A stretch of DNA of 64,000 bases, from the NCBI GenBank assembly GCA_047607085.1, contig JASGDT010000045.1:34142-98141 (forward strand). Reading direction: 5' to 3'. Made by a program: the position numbers and the translations under genes. Under the pieces are notes generated by a model. It did not search any database. It was given only the letters and a program-made list of their open reading frames with translations, and was not told where the DNA came from. The number at the start of each line of letters is the position of its first letter. Position 1 is the stretch's first letter. Positions 20,329-30,789 of this stretch are shown here, in pieces. Origin of the DNA: Pseudoxanthomonas sp. (lineage in GTDB: Bacteria > Pseudomonadota > Gammaproteobacteria > Xanthomonadales > Xanthomonadaceae).

Positions 20329-23300
20329 ATGCTGCTTTCCGACGTCTCGATCAAGCGGCCCGTCTTCGCCACGGTGATGTCGCTGATCCTGATCGTGCTG
20401 GGCGTGGTGTCGTTCGCACGCCTGCCGCTGCGCGAATTGCCCGACGTGGATCCGCCGGTGGTGTCGGTCAACACCAGTTATACCGGCGCGTCGGCGGCAG
20501 TGGTCGAAAGCCGCATCACCCAGGTGCTGGAAGACGCGATCAGCGGCATCGAGGGCGTTGACCTGATCACTGCGAGCAGCCGCAGCGGCCGTTCCGACAT
20601 CAACATCGAATTCACCCTGACTCGCGACATCGAAGGCGCGGCCAACGACGTGCGCGACGCGATCAGCCGCGTCAGCAATCGCCTGCCCGAGGACGTGGAT
20701 CCGCCGCAGGTATCCAAGCAGGACAGCGATTCGTCGCCGATCATGTTCCTCAACCTCAGCGACCCGAACCGCAACGCCGAGCAGTTGACCGATTATGCGG
20801 ATCGCTACCTGGCCGACCAGTTCTCGTCCATCGACGGGGTTTCGTCGGTGAACATCGGCGGCGGCAAGCGCTATGCGATGCGGGTGTGGCTGGACGCCAA
20901 GGCCCTGAGCGCGCACGGCTTGACCGCCGACGACATCGGCACTGCGCTGGGCCGCGAGAACATCGAACTGCCCGGCGGCAGCATCGAATCGAAGGATCGC
21001 GATTTCGCCCTGCGCGTGGTGCGCGGCTACCAGAGCCCGGAAAGTTTCGCCGGTCTGGCCGTGGGCAAGGGCGCGGACGGCCACGTCGTCACCCTGGGCG
21101 AAGTGGCGAAGGTGGAACTGGCCTCGGAAGAACGCCGCGCCTGGTATCGCGGCAACGGCGTGCCGCAGATCGGCATGGGCATCGTGGCCACCTCCACCGC
21201 CAACACGCTGGAGGTGGCGCGGCAGGTGCGCGCGACGGTCGAGCGCGTGACGAAGACCCTGCCCGAAGGCATGTCGTTGTCGATTCCCTACGACACCACG
21301 GTGTTCACCGAAGCGGCAGTGGAGGAGGTTTACAAGACCCTGGCCGAGGCCATCGCGCTGGTGCTGCTGGTGGTGTTCGTGTTCCTGGGCAGCGCGCGCG
21401 CGGCGCTGATCCCGGCGGTGACCGTGCCGGTGTGCGTGACCGCCGCGTTCATCGCGTTGTACGCCTGCGGGTTTTCGATCAACCAGCTCACCTTGCTGTC
21501 GCTGGTGCTGTCGATCGGTCTGGTGGTCGATGACGCCATCGTGGTGCTGGAAAACTGCCAGCGCCGCGTTGACCTGGGCGAGCCGCCGTTGCTGGCCGCG
21601 CAGCGCGGTACCCGGCAGGTCGCGTTCGCGGTGATCGCCACCACCGTGGTGCTGATCGCGGTGTTCCTGCCGATTGCCTTCATGGAAGGCAACACCGGCC
21701 GCCTGTTCCGCGAGCTGGCGGTCGCGGTGGCCGGTGCGGTGGCGATTTCCGGCTTCGTCGCGCTGACACTGACGCCGATGATGTGCTCGATATTGTTGCG
21801 GAAGCACACCCGCGGTCGCGGCTTCAACAACTGGGTCAACGACCGCCTCGACGCGCTGACGCGCCTCTACCGCAAGCTGCTGCTGAAGACGACCGGGCAA
21901 GGCTGGCTGCTGGCGGCGGCGATGCTGACCACCTTTGTCGCCAGTGGCCTGTTGTTCAAATACGTGCCGTCGGAACTGGCCCCGGCCGAGGACAGCGGCG
22001 ATTTCAACGTGATGGTCAGCGGGCCGGAAGGCGCGGGCTTCGACTACATGACCAGGCAGATGGCGGAAATCGAACGCCGCCTGCTGGCCTACGCCAGCGG
22101 CGACAAGCCGATCTCGCGGATCATCATCCGCGTCCCCGGCGGTTTCGGCAGCACCAGCGCGGCGATGAACAGCGGCCGCGCCACGGTCTTCCTCAAGCCC
22201 TGGGCGCAGCGCGAACAGACCACCGCGCAGGTGATCGAGGACGTGAGCAAGGCGCTGGCCGACATCCCCGGCGTGCGCATGACCACGGAGATGCGCCAGG
22301 GCCTGGTGCGCGGCGGCGGCCGGCCGGTGCAGTTCGTGCTGCGCGGCCCCACCTACGAAACCCTGGCGCAATGGCGCGACCGCATGCTGCTGCGCATGGA
22401 GGAAAACCCGCGCCTGACCAACATCGATTCGGACTACAAGGAAACCCTGCCGCAACTGCGCGTGGAGATCGACAAAGCGCGCGCGGCGGATCTGGGCGTG
22501 CCGGTGCAGGCCATCGGCAGCACCTTGCAGACCATGCTCGGCTCGCTGCGCGCCGGCACCTACGAGAAGGATGGCGAGGAATACTACGTGGTGATGCAGG
22601 CGCCGCTGTCCGACCGCCGCGACCCGAGCGACATCACCGGCTTGTACGTGCGTTCGACCACCACCGACGCGCTGATTCCGCTGTCCAACCTGGTCAAGCT
22701 GGTTGAAACCGCCGAAGCCGGCACGTTGAGCCGCTTCAACCGCATGCGCGCCATCACCCTGACCGCCGGCATCACCCCCGGCTACACCGTCGGCGAAGCG
22801 CTGCAATACCTGCGTGGCATCGCCGCCGAGGAACTGCCGCCGGAAGCGCAGTTCGACTACAAGGGCGAATCGCGCGAGTTCATGAAATCCAGCGGCGCGG
22901 TGTTCTTCACCTTCGGCATGGCCTTGCTGGTGGTGTTTCTGGTGCTGGCGGCGCAGTTCGAGAGTTTCGCACACCCGGTCATCATCATGCTGACCGTGCC
23001 GCTGGCGATGCTGGGCGCGCTGCTGGGCCTGGCGGCGTGGGGCGTGAGCCTGAACCTGTATTCGCAGATCGGCATCGTGATGCTGGTGGGGCTGGCGGCG
23101 AAGAACGGCATCCTGATCGTCGAGTTCGCCAACCAGTTGCGCGACGAAGGCCGCAGCGTGGCCGAGGCCATCATCGAAGCGGCCGCGGTACGCCTGCGCC
23201 CGATCCTGATGACGTCCGTGGCCATGATCGTCGGCGCATTGCCGCTGATGCTGTCCAGTGGCGCTGGCGCGGCCAGCCGCACGTCGATTGGCGTTGTGAT

Positions 23301-23454
23301 CGTGTTCGGCGTGGCGTTCTCGACGCTGCTGTCGCTGTTCGTGGTGCCGGCGTTCTACTCGTTGCTGGCCCCGCATACCAAATCGCCGGAAGCGGTGGCG
23401 CATGAGTTGGCCAAGCTGGATGCGGAAGTGCCACCGGTCGATGGTTCGCACTGA
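20329..23454 (+). CDS. RND efflux permease (AcrB/AcrD/AcrF family)
   Basis: 1041 aa; GLVVDDAIVVLEN and GLAAKNGILIVEFANQL proton-relay motifs, RLRPILMT. Confidence 0.96.
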   Translation: MLLSDVSIKRPVFATVMSLILIVLGVVSFARLPLRELPDVDPPVVSVNTSYTGASAAVVESRITQVLEDAISGIEGVDLITASSRSGRSDINIEFTLTRDIEGAANDVRDAISRVSNRLPEDVDPPQVSKQDSDSSPIMFLNLSDPNRNAEQLTDYADRYLADQFSSIDGVSSVNIGGGKRYAMRVWLDAKALSAHGLTADDIGTALGRENIELPGGSIESKDRDFALRVVRGYQSPESFAGLAVGKGADGHVVTLGEVAKVELASEERRAWYRGNGVPQIGMGIVATSTANTLEVARQVRATVERVTKTLPEGMSLSIPYDTTVFTEAAVEEVYKTLAEAIALVLLVVFVFLGSARAALIPAVTVPVCVTAAFIALYACGFSINQLTLLSLVLSIGLVVDDAIVVLENCQRRVDLGEPPLLAAQRGTRQVAFAVIATTVVLIAVFLPIAFMEGNTGRLFRELAVAVAGAVAISGFVALTLTPMMCSILLRKHTRGRGFNNWVNDRLDALTRLYRKLLLKTTGQGWLLAAAMLTTFVASGLLFKYVPSELAPAEDSGDFNVMVSGPEGAGFDYMTRQMAEIERRLLAYASGDKPISRIIIRVPGGFGSTSAAMNSGRATVFLKPWAQREQTTAQVIEDVSKALADIPGVRMTTEMRQGLVRGGGRPVQFVLRGPTYETLAQWRDRMLLRMEENPRLTNIDSDYKETLPQLRVEIDKARAADLGVPVQAIGSTLQTMLGSLRAGTYEKDGEEYYVVMQAPLSDRRDPSDITGLYVRSTTTDALIPLSNLVKLVETAEAGTLSRFNRMRAITLTAGITPGYTVGEALQYLRGIAAEELPPEAQFDYKGESREFMKSSGAVFFTFGMALLVVFLVLAAQFESFAHPVIIMLTVPLAMLGALLGLAAWGVSLNLYSQIGIVMLVGLAAKNGILIVEFANQLRDEGRSVAEAIIEAAAVRLRPILMTSVAMIVGALPLMLSSGAGAASRTSIGVVIVFGVAFSTLLSLFVVPAFYSLLAPHTKSPEAVAHELAKLDAEVPPVDGSH

Positions 23455-23470
23455 GCCGTAGAATGGCGAC

Positions 23471-24304
23471 ATGACCAGGTTTTCCGGAAGCCCGCCGCCA
23501 TCACCCTGGGACTCGCGCCCGCGTCCCGCGCAAAAGCCCGCGCATCCGCCTTCTTCTGCCCGCGAAGGGGGGAGGGGGCAAAGCGAACTGCGCCTGCATG
23601 GTCTCAACGCCGTGCGGGCGGTGTTCGGCAAGCGGCCGGAGGCGATACGCAAGGTTTATCTGCTCGAATCGCGGATTCCTGCATTGAAGCCTTTGCTGGC
23701 GTGGTGCGTGAAGAACCGTGTCGGTTATCGCGTGGTCGAGGAGTCGGACCTCGACAAGCTGGCCGCCAGTGCGCACCACGAAGGCGTGGTGGCCGATGTG
23801 CTGCGTGTCGAGCCGTTGTCGCTGGACGCATGGCTGGAGCAAATATCCGCCGGTGCGCAATGCGCGATCTGGCTGGACGGCGTCGGCAACCCGCACAACT
23901 TCGGCGCGATCCTGCGCGGTGCGGCGCATTTCGGGGTGGGTGCAATCCTGTTGCCGCAGGATTCGACACTGGCGCTTTCCGGCGCGGCCGCGCGCGTGGC
24001 CGAAGGCGGGGCGGAGGCGGTGCCATTGGTGCGCTTGCCCGCCGCGCGCGATGCGCTGGCGAAATTGCGCGATGCCGGTTTCACGCTCGCCGCCACCGTG
24101 GTGCGCGGCGGCGATGATTTGTTCGCGCAGCAATTGCCGGAGAGGCTGGTCTATGTAATGGGCGCCGAAGGCGAGGGCATGGATGCGGGGCTTGCTGCGC
24201 AATGCGGACTGCGCCTGTCGATTCCCGGCACCGGTGCGGTGGAGAGCCTCAACGTGGCATCGGCAACGGCGGTGTTCCTGGCGCAGTGGAAACGCGTGGC
24301 ATGA
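23471..24304 (+). CDS. TrmH/SpoU family RNA 2'-O-methyltransferase
   Basis: LDGVGNPHNFGAILR, MGAEGEG, ESLNVASA SPOUT motifs. Confidence 0.93.
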   Translation: MTRFSGSPPPSPWDSRPRPAQKPAHPPSSAREGGRGQSELRLHGLNAVRAVFGKRPEAIRKVYLLESRIPALKPLLAWCVKNRVGYRVVEESDLDKLAASAHHEGVVADVLRVEPLSLDAWLEQISAGAQCAIWLDGVGNPHNFGAILRGAAHFGVGAILLPQDSTLALSGAAARVAEGGAEAVPLVRLPAARDALAKLRDAGFTLAATVVRGGDDLFAQQLPERLVYVMGAEGEGMDAGLAAQCGLRLSIPGTGAVESLNVASATAVFLAQWKRVA

Positions 24305-24344
24305 AGGCCGGTCCCCTCCCGGGCGGGGGAGGGGCAAAGGCGAG

Positions 24345-25757
24345 TCAGAATTCCTGCGGCGGCTTCGCCTTCGCCGGATCGCTGCCGAAATCGCCCTCGG
24401 CTTGCGAAACCAGCCACGCATACACCGCATAGGCGGCGACGTTCTGCGCCAGTTCCTTCGGGTCGATCTTGTCCAGGGTGTCGTCCGCGGTGTGGTGCAG
24501 GTCGAAGTAGCGCGTGCCGTCGTGGCCCAGCCAGGCCCATGCCGCACCCATGCCGGCGATGGGGCTGGTGTCAGATTCCGGTTCGCCTTCATTTGGCAGC
24601 ATTTCCACGCCCAGCGGTGCCAGGGCCGCGCCGATTCCTGCGAAGGCGTCCTTGGCGTGATCGCCGATATTGCCGCCGTTGAAGCCGTAGATGTGACCCG
24701 CTCCGGAATCGCTTTCGGCCACCAGGACGTGCTGCTTCAACTCGGCGGCGTGGCGCTTGGCGTATTCGATGCCGCCGAACAGGCCTTGTTCCTCGTTGGC
24801 GAAGGCGACCACGCGGATCGTGCGCGCCGGTTTCAGCGGCTTGATCAGTTTTGCGGCGGCCATGCTGATGCCGATGCCGGCGGCGTCGTCGATCGCGCCG
24901 GTGCCCAGATCCCACGAATCCAGATGCCCGCCGATCAGCACGATTTCCTCCGGCTTGCGGCTGCCGGCGATTTCGCCGATGACATTCTGCGAGGTGTATT
25001 CGCCGTTGTAACCGCAATCCAGCGCCAGCCGGATTTTCGTCGTGCCCAGCGCGACCAGCCGCGAGAGTTGCTGCGCATCGGGTACCGACAACGCGGCGCT
25101 GGGAATTGCCGCATCGCCGGGCTTGAACCCGGTGCCGCCGGTGTGCGGCACGCGGTGCGAATCGGTGCCGGCGCTGCGCATCACATAGCCGACCGCGCCG
25201 CGCTTGCCGGCTTCGCCCGGGCCGAGGTAGCGCACGCGGCTGCCGATGCCGTAATCGGCGCCATCGCGCTTGGGCCGCATGACGAAATCGACGAAGGCGA
25301 TCTTGCCTTTCAGCGAATCCGCCGGCGCGTCCAGCAGCGCCTGCAAGCCGTCGAAACGCACCACTTCGCCTTCGACCGTACCGCCGGGGCTGCCGCCCAG
25401 TGCGGTAAGGTGCAACGGCTGCGCATGCGCGCCGAGCACTTCGCCGCGTTCGCTGCGGCGCTCCCACTTGGGGAAGGTCACCGGCTCGGTCCACACCTTG
25501 TCGAAGCCCAGTTCCTTGAACTTGGCCTGTGCCCACGCCACCGCGCGCGCGTCGGCTTCGCTGCCGCCCATGCGCGGGCCGACTTCGGTGGTCAGTGATT
25601 CGACGACCTTCCAGCCGGTGTCGTCGGCCAGCGCGGTTTCGCGCAGTTGCGCGGCCTGTGCCAATGCGGCATCGGGAAGGGTGGTGGGCTTCTGCACGGC
25701 GAATGCCGGCGTGGCCAATGCCAGCGAAAGGGCGAGGATCGGCGCGGCGCGGCGCAT
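24345..25757 (-). CDS. Exported M28 peptidase (carboxypeptidase Q-like)
   Basis: Signal peptide; GGHLDSWD.GTGA.DD, FANEEQG, HHT..DT zinc ligands. Confidence 0.9.
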   Translation of the reverse strand: MRRAAPILALSLALATPAFAVQKPTTLPDAALAQAAQLRETALADDTGWKVVESLTTEVGPRMGGSEADARAVAWAQAKFKELGFDKVWTEPVTFPKWERRSERGEVLGAHAQPLHLTALGGSPGGTVEGEVVRFDGLQALLDAPADSLKGKIAFVDFVMRPKRDGADYGIGSRVRYLGPGEAGKRGAVGYVMRSAGTDSHRVPHTGGTGFKPGDAAIPSAALSVPDAQQLSRLVALGTTKIRLALDCGYNGEYTSQNVIGEIAGSRKPEEIVLIGGHLDSWDLGTGAIDDAAGIGISMAAAKLIKPLKPARTIRVVAFANEEQGLFGGIEYAKRHAAELKQHVLVAESDSGAGHIYGFNGGNIGDHAKDAFAGIGAALAPLGVEMLPNEGEPESDTSPIAGMGAAWAWLGHDGTRYFDLHHTADDTLDKIDPKELAQNVAAYAVYAWLVSQAEGDFGSDPAKAKPPQEF

Positions 25758-25835
25758 GGCAAGGCTCCGGAATGACGAGGCCACGAGCATGGCAGCCCGT
25801 GGCTTCGTTTTCCAGCTGACGGAAGTAACGGAAGG

Positions 25836-26243
25836 TTACTTTTTCAGGGAATCGCGGATTTCGCGCAGCAACAGCACGTCTTCCGGCGGCGGCGCGTCTG
25901 CGGCCACGGCGGGCTTGCGCACCTTGTTGATCGCCTTGACCGCCATGAAGATGGCGAAGGCGATGATCAGGAACTGGATGACGGTATTGATGAAGTCGCC
26001 GATGCCGATCACCAGCGCCGGCGCGGTTTCCTTGCCGGCTTCATCCAGCACGGCATCCTTCAGCGTGATCGCCCAATCGGAAAAGTCGATGCCGCCGGTC
26101 AGCAGGCCGACGACGGGCATGATGATCTTCTCGACCAGCGAGGTGACGATCTTGCCGAACGCGCCGCCGATGACGACACCCACGGCCAGGTCGATGACGT
26201 TGCCTTTTGCGATGAAGTCCTTGAACTCGCTTGCGATGCTCAC
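25836..26243 (-). CDS. mscL: Large-conductance mechanosensitive channel
   Basis: [34 protein letters not shown] start with GAGGAG SD. Confidence 0.97.
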   Translation of the reverse strand: MSIASEFKDFIAKGNVIDLAVGVVIGGAFGKIVTSLVEKIIMPVVGLLTGGIDFSDWAITLKDAVLDEAGKETAPALVIGIGDFINTVIQFLIIAFAIFMAVKAINKVRKPAVAADAPPPEDVLLLREIRDSLKK

Positions 26244-26281
26244 GGTGTGCTCCTCGATGGATTGTGGGGGTGGCGCGCGGA

Positions 26282-26998
26282 CTATACCGCGCGCGCGGTG
26301 ATGTTGGCCTGAAGCGTGGCGACGCCGCTCAATGTGACTTCCACGCGGTCGCCCGGTTGCAGCGGGCCAACCCCGGCCGGCGTGCCCATGAATACCAGGT
26401 CGCCGGCCTTCAGTGCATACAGTTTCGACAGTTCGTGGAGGATTTCGGCCACGTTCCAGATCAGGTCGCGCAACTGACCATGCTGGCGCGGCTGGCCGTT
26501 GACCGACAGCGACAGTTCCTGCGCATACAGGTCGGCGACTTGCGCGGCGGGCACCAACTCGCTGATCGGCGCGGAATGGTCGAAGCCCTTGGCCGTATCC
26601 CACGGATGGCCCTTGGCCTTGGCCGCGGCTTGCAGGTCGCGGCGGGTCAGGTCCAGGCCGACGCCGTAGCCGAACACCAGCGCCATCGCCTCGTCCACCG
26701 TCAGCACCCCGGCCGGCGCGTCGCGCCCCAACGCGACCACCGGTTCCACTTCGTGGTGCAATTCAGCGGTGCCACGCGCATAGGGCACGTCGGCATTGCC
26801 GGTGACGATGGCATCGGCCGGTTTGCAGAAGAACATCGGCGCGCCGCGATCAGGCTGCGCATTGGCCGGGATGGCACCCATTTCATGCGCATGATCGGCG
26901 AAGTTGCGGCCCACGCAATAGATGCGGTGTACCGGAAAGAAACCGCCGCCGCGCACGGGCACGCGCGGTTGCGGGAAGGCAGCGATCAGGTCGGACAT
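26282..26998 (-). CDS. Fumarylacetoacetate hydrolase family protein
   Basis: [34 protein letters not shown]. Confidence 0.92.
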   Translation of the reverse strand: MSDLIAAFPQPRVPVRGGGFFPVHRIYCVGRNFADHAHEMGAIPANAQPDRGAPMFFCKPADAIVTGNADVPYARGTAELHHEVEPVVALGRDAPAGVLTVDEAMALVFGYGVGLDLTRRDLQAAAKAKGHPWDTAKGFDHSAPISELVPAAQVADLYAQELSLSVNGQPRQHGQLRDLIWNVAEILHELSKLYALKAGDLVFMGTPAGVGPLQPGDRVEVTLSGVATLQANITARAV

Positions 26999-27051
26999 GG
27001 AAGGTGCGCTGTCGGAAGAAGGCGCGACAGTTTACGGCGTACGGCCTGCAA

Positions 27052-27342
27052 TCAACGCGACAGCGGCAGCACCGGGCGGCGCACGAGTTCGTATTCGCCT
27101 TCGACCACGCGGCCATCGTGCGCGTTGCGGCCGGCGAGCGGGGTGCCGCGCTGGCGCAGCAGCCGGTACAGCAGGCCGCCGGCCACCATCGCCACGCCGA
27201 CGAACACGCCCACGAACAACAAGGCGCACAACAACGCCACGCCAAGCAGGCCCAGGCCCAGTCGCAGCAGCGGGTTGCGCGGTTTGCGTGGCGCGAACGC
27301 GGCGCGCGCGCGGAAGCGGTCGAAGCGGAAGGTTCGGAACAT
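27052..27342 (-). CDS. Small membrane hypothetical protein
   Basis: Two-helix hydrophobic segment and C-terminal VVEGEYELV motif. Confidence 0.7.
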   Translation of the reverse strand: MFRTFRFDRFRARAAFAPRKPRNPLLRLGLGLLGVALLCALLFVGVFVGVAMVAGGLLYRLLRQRGTPLAGRNAHDGRVVEGEYELVRRPVLPLSR

Positions 27343-27432
27343 CGGCGGACGTGACAGAATGCGGCCGGGCCGGCTGCGGCCTGCAGTATCCGGTTACCGA
27401 TACATGACCGTGTAAGGACTTCGTTAAAAGAC

Positions 27433-27786
27433 ATGCCGCTGATCGCATTCGACGCATTGAAGGAACGCGAACCCGCCGCCATCGATGCGGTGGTCGAAGG
27501 TGATGCCGAATCGCTGATCCTGTACCGCGACGGCGATGATGTGCGCGCCTGGCTCAACGTCTGCCCGCATGCCGGGCGGCGGCTGGACTGGGCGCCGGGC
27601 CGGTTCCTGCTGGGCAAGGACGGCACGCTGGTCTGCGCGGCGCATGGCGCGGCCTTCGAACTGGCCGGCGGCCTCTGTGTGTCGGGGCCGTGTCGCGGCG
27701 CGGCGCTGCGCGCGGTGGAGGTGGAGGTGGCCGGGGGCGAGGTGAAGCTCAGCCTCCGCGCGCCTGCCACCACGTCATCAGGTTGA
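27433..27786 (+). CDS. Rieske 2Fe-2S ferredoxin-like protein
   Basis: NVCPHAG and LVCAAHGAAF ligands, G.C..GPC. Confidence 0.9.
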   Translation: MPLIAFDALKEREPAAIDAVVEGDAESLILYRDGDDVRAWLNVCPHAGRRLDWAPGRFLLGKDGTLVCAAHGAAFELAGGLCVSGPCRGAALRAVEVEVAGGEVKLSLRAPATTSSG

Positions 27787-29608
27787 TCGCCAGCACCACG
27801 ATCACGGTGTAGATCAGCGACAGCGGCCCGCCGACGCGCCACATCTGCCGGCTGGTGTAGTTGGCCGGGCCGACGATCATCGAGATGATCGGGTTGGACG
27901 AGGTCATCAGGTTGTTCGACGCCGCCAGCGCCACGATCAGCGCGAACGCGGTCGGGCTGCCGCCGGCCGCCACCGCCAGGTTGATCGCCAGCGGCACCAT
28001 CACGATGGCCGCGCCGACGTGGCTGATCACCAGCGAGAACGCGGTGGTCAGCAGCGCGACGGCCAGTTCCAGCAACCATACCGGCATGCCTTCGGGCAGG
28101 CGTTCGACCGTGTGCCCGGCGATCCACGCCGCCGCGCCGCTGCTGTCCATCGCCCAGCCCAGTGGAATCAAGCCGGCCATCAGCAGCACGGTTTTCCAGT
28201 TGATCGCCGCATAGGCTTCGTCCATGCGCAGCACGCCGGTCAGCAGCATGCCGGCCGCACCGGTGACGAGGGTCAGCGCCAGCGGCACCTTCGAGGTCAG
28301 CGCGATCAGCACGGTCAGGGCGAAGATCGCCATCGCGATCTTCAGCTTGTGCGGGCGCTGCTCGCCCTTGGGAAAATCGGTGACCACGACGAAATCGTGG
28401 CTTTCCGCCGCCTGCGCCAGCCCGGCCCAGACGCTGTGGAACACCAGCATGTCGCCGGCGCGCAGCTTGATCTGGCGCACGTCATCGCGCAGCACCTGCT
28501 TGTCGCGGTTGATCGCCAGCAGGCTGATGCCGTGCTGCTTGCGCAGGCGCAGTTCGGCGGCGGTCTTGCCGATGAAGCGCGAATTCGGCGGCACCACCGC
28601 TTCGGAAATTCCCGACAGGCTGGGATTGAACAGATCGCCCAGGTGGCGCAGCCGCGAGGACATGCGCAGGAAATTGTTCTGCGCGAAATCGGTGACCTGC
28701 TGCTTCGGCCCCATTACCCCGATCACGCTGTCCACCCAGATGCGCATGTCCGCGGCAGGCGACAAGCGCGTGTCGTCGCCGCTTTGCAGCGCCAGCAGCA
28801 TCGGCGCGTCGTACAGCAGTTCGGCATCGCCCACGCTCATGCCCACCAGCGGGCTTTCCGCGCCGACGGTCAGCTCATACACGTCGCCATGCAGGCCGTA
28901 AGTGTCTGCGAAATAGTTTTCCACCCGCGTCGGCGCAACCTTGGCGGCGGCGTCCTCGTGCAGCAGGCGGTCGCCGCGAAAGCGGAAATACAGCAGCGAG
29001 GCCAGCACCAGCGCAATGCCGATGGGCAGCGGTGCGAACATGCCCAGCGGCTCCAGCGTGGCCATGCCCGAGGGCAGGTTGTTGTTGGCCGACTGCAACA
29101 AGTCGTTGAGCAGGATCAGCGGCGAATTGCCGACCATGGTCAGCGCCCCGCCCATGACGATGGCCGCGGCGATCGGCAGCAGCAGGCGTTGCAGCGACAG
29201 CGTGGTGCGCGCGGACAGGCGCGCGGCCACCGGCATGAACAAGGCCATCACCGACGGGTTCTGCATGAAGCTGGAATTGAGCGCGGCCACCGCGCTGGTC
29301 AGCAGCAGCAGGCGCTGCTCGATGCCGTGGCCGCGCCGCAGCAGCCACGCGGCCAGCCGGTTCAACGCGCCGGTGCGGTCCAGGCCCGCGCCCAGCACGG
29401 TGGTGGCGATGATGCTCATCACCGCGCTGCTGGAAAAGCCGCCGAAGATCTCCTCCGGCGGGATCAACCCGCTCAGCCCCAGCGCCACCAGTACCAGCAA
29501 CGCCACCAGGTCGCCACGGATGCGCTCGAACAGGAACATCGCCATGGTGAAAACCACCAGCCCGAGCACCAGCTTCATGTCGGTGGTCAAGGTCAGGGCG
29601 GTGTCCAT
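27749..29608 (-). CDS. SLC13-family permease with two TrkA-C domains
   Basis: Hydrophobic N- and C-terminal blocks, TMVGNSPLI motif, central RCK_C-like repeats (SPLVGMSV, SRFIGKT..ELRLR). Confidence 0.9.
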   Translation of the reverse strand: MDTALTLTTDMKLVLGLVVFTMAMFLFERIRGDLVALLVLVALGLSGLIPPEEIFGGFSSSAVMSIIATTVLGAGLDRTGALNRLAAWLLRRGHGIEQRLLLLTSAVAALNSSFMQNPSVMALFMPVAARLSARTTLSLQRLLLPIAAAIVMGGALTMVGNSPLILLNDLLQSANNNLPSGMATLEPLGMFAPLPIGIALVLASLLYFRFRGDRLLHEDAAAKVAPTRVENYFADTYGLHGDVYELTVGAESPLVGMSVGDAELLYDAPMLLALQSGDDTRLSPAADMRIWVDSVIGVMGPKQQVTDFAQNNFLRMSSRLRHLGDLFNPSLSGISEAVVPPNSRFIGKTAAELRLRKQHGISLLAINRDKQVLRDDVRQIKLRAGDMLVFHSVWAGLAQAAESHDFVVVTDFPKGEQRPHKLKIAMAIFALTVLIALTSKVPLALTLVTGAAGMLLTGVLRMDEAYAAINWKTVLLMAGLIPLGWAMDSSGAAAWIAGHTVERLPEGMPVWLLELAVALLTTAFSLVISHVGAAIVMVPLAINLAVAAGGSPTAFALIVALAASNNLMTSSNPIISMIVGPANYTSRQMWRVGGPLSLIYTVIVVLAINLMTWWQARGG

Positions 29609-30045
29609 TACGCGCCGGGTGCTCCGTGTGGTTTGCGCGATTGTGCGCCCATGTCGAAGTTCAACTCAATGCCGTTGCCGGCCGGATCGCGCAGGAAGAA
29701 CTGTTTCTGCGCGGTCAGCGGCACGTCGTCCACGGTGTAGTCGATGCCATGTCGCCGCAGCCGGGCCTCGGTGGCGTCCGCGTCGATGCAGGTGAAAGCG
29801 ACGTGATCGAAAGTGGTGTCGATGCCGGTGTTGCGCACTTCACCGGGCCGGGTTTCGGTCAGATGCAGCACGTCGCGCCCGCCGGCATGCAGCCAGAAAC
29901 CGTGGCTGCGGAACGGCGGGCGCGGGCCTTGTTCCAGCCCGACGACTTCGATGTAGAAGCGGCGCAAGGTTTCGAGCAACTCACGCGGCGCACGCAGATT
30001 GATGTGGTCGAGGCCGATGACAGGCATGATCGATGCGATGTTCAC
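29608..30045 (-). CDS. VOC/glyoxalase family protein
   Basis: [27 protein letters not shown] overlaps trmB stop (alternative ATG 30027). Confidence 0.88.
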   Translation of the reverse strand: MNIASIMPVIGLDHINLRAPRELLETLRRFYIEVVGLEQGPRPPFRSHGFWLHAGGRDVLHLTETRPGEVRNTGIDTTFDHVAFTCIDADATEARLRRHGIDYTVDDVPLTAQKQFFLRDPAGNGIELNFDMGAQSRKPHGAPGA

Positions 30046-30779
30046 GCCACACGGTCATACAGCAGATCCCACACGCCGTGGCCCAGCTTCTGCCCGCGCG
30101 TTTCGAAATGCGTCTGTGGCCGCCAATCGGGGCGCGGCACGCTGCCGCGTGCGCCGGCGTGATTGACCAGGCCGGGCGTGGCGTCGAGCACGTCCCACAT
30201 GTGCTCGGCGTAAGCCTGCCAATCGGTTGCCAGGTGAAGCCGCCCGCCAATGCGCAGCTTGCGCGCCAGCAGCGCGGCAAAGGCCGGTTGCACCAGCCGG
30301 CGCTTGTTGTGGCGCTTCTTGTGCCAAGGGTCGGGGAAATAGATGCGCACCTCGTCCAGTGCGCCATCGGCGACCTCGCGGCTCAGCACTTCCACCGCAT
30401 CGTGGTGATGGACGCGGACGTGATGGCTGCCGTCCTCGGCCAATGCATTGAGCAGGCGACCGACGCCGGGCGCATGCACCTCGATGCCGAGGTAATTGCG
30501 CGACGGGTCGTGCTTTGCCGCGAAGCGCAGCGCCTCGCCGTTGCCGGTGCCGATTTCCAGCACCAGCGGCTTGTCGTTGCCGAAGATCGCGGCGTAATCG
30601 CGCGGCGTGCCTTGGTAGTCGATGCCGAACTTCGGCCACTGCTCGTCGAACGCGCGCTGCTGCGCCTCGGTGAAGCGCCCCTGCCGCAGCACGAAGCTGC
30701 GGATCTCGCGGCGGCCCTCGGTGGGAGTGAAAGGCTTGGGCGGCGTCTTCGCGCCGGGGCTGGAGAAGGGGTCGGTCAT
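30042..30779 (-). CDS. trmB: tRNA (guanine-N7)-methyltransferase
   Basis: [34 protein letters not shown]. Confidence 0.97.
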   Translation of the reverse strand: MTDPFSSPGAKTPPKPFTPTEGRREIRSFVLRQGRFTEAQQRAFDEQWPKFGIDYQGTPRDYAAIFGNDKPLVLEIGTGNGEALRFAAKHDPSRNYLGIEVHAPGVGRLLNALAEDGSHHVRVHHHDAVEVLSREVADGALDEVRIYFPDPWHKKRHNKRRLVQPAFAALLARKLRIGGRLHLATDWQAYAEHMWDVLDATPGLVNHAGARGSVPRPDWRPQTHFETRGQKLGHGVWDLLYDRVA

Positions 30780-30789
30780 TTTCCGACTA

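Noticed and set aside
19195-23652. 1485-aa antisense ORF (and other long shadow ORFs such as 1989-4100, 12316-14529, 14048-15973, 59522-61135, 61319-63520)
   Set aside because: They lie opposite or in alternate frames of clear genes, have no recognisable motifs, and are expected from high-GC codon bias
27749-27786. 38-bp convergent overlap of Rieske and SLC13 genes
   Set aside because: Short 3' overlaps are common in compact GC-rich genomes; tail residues are low-information
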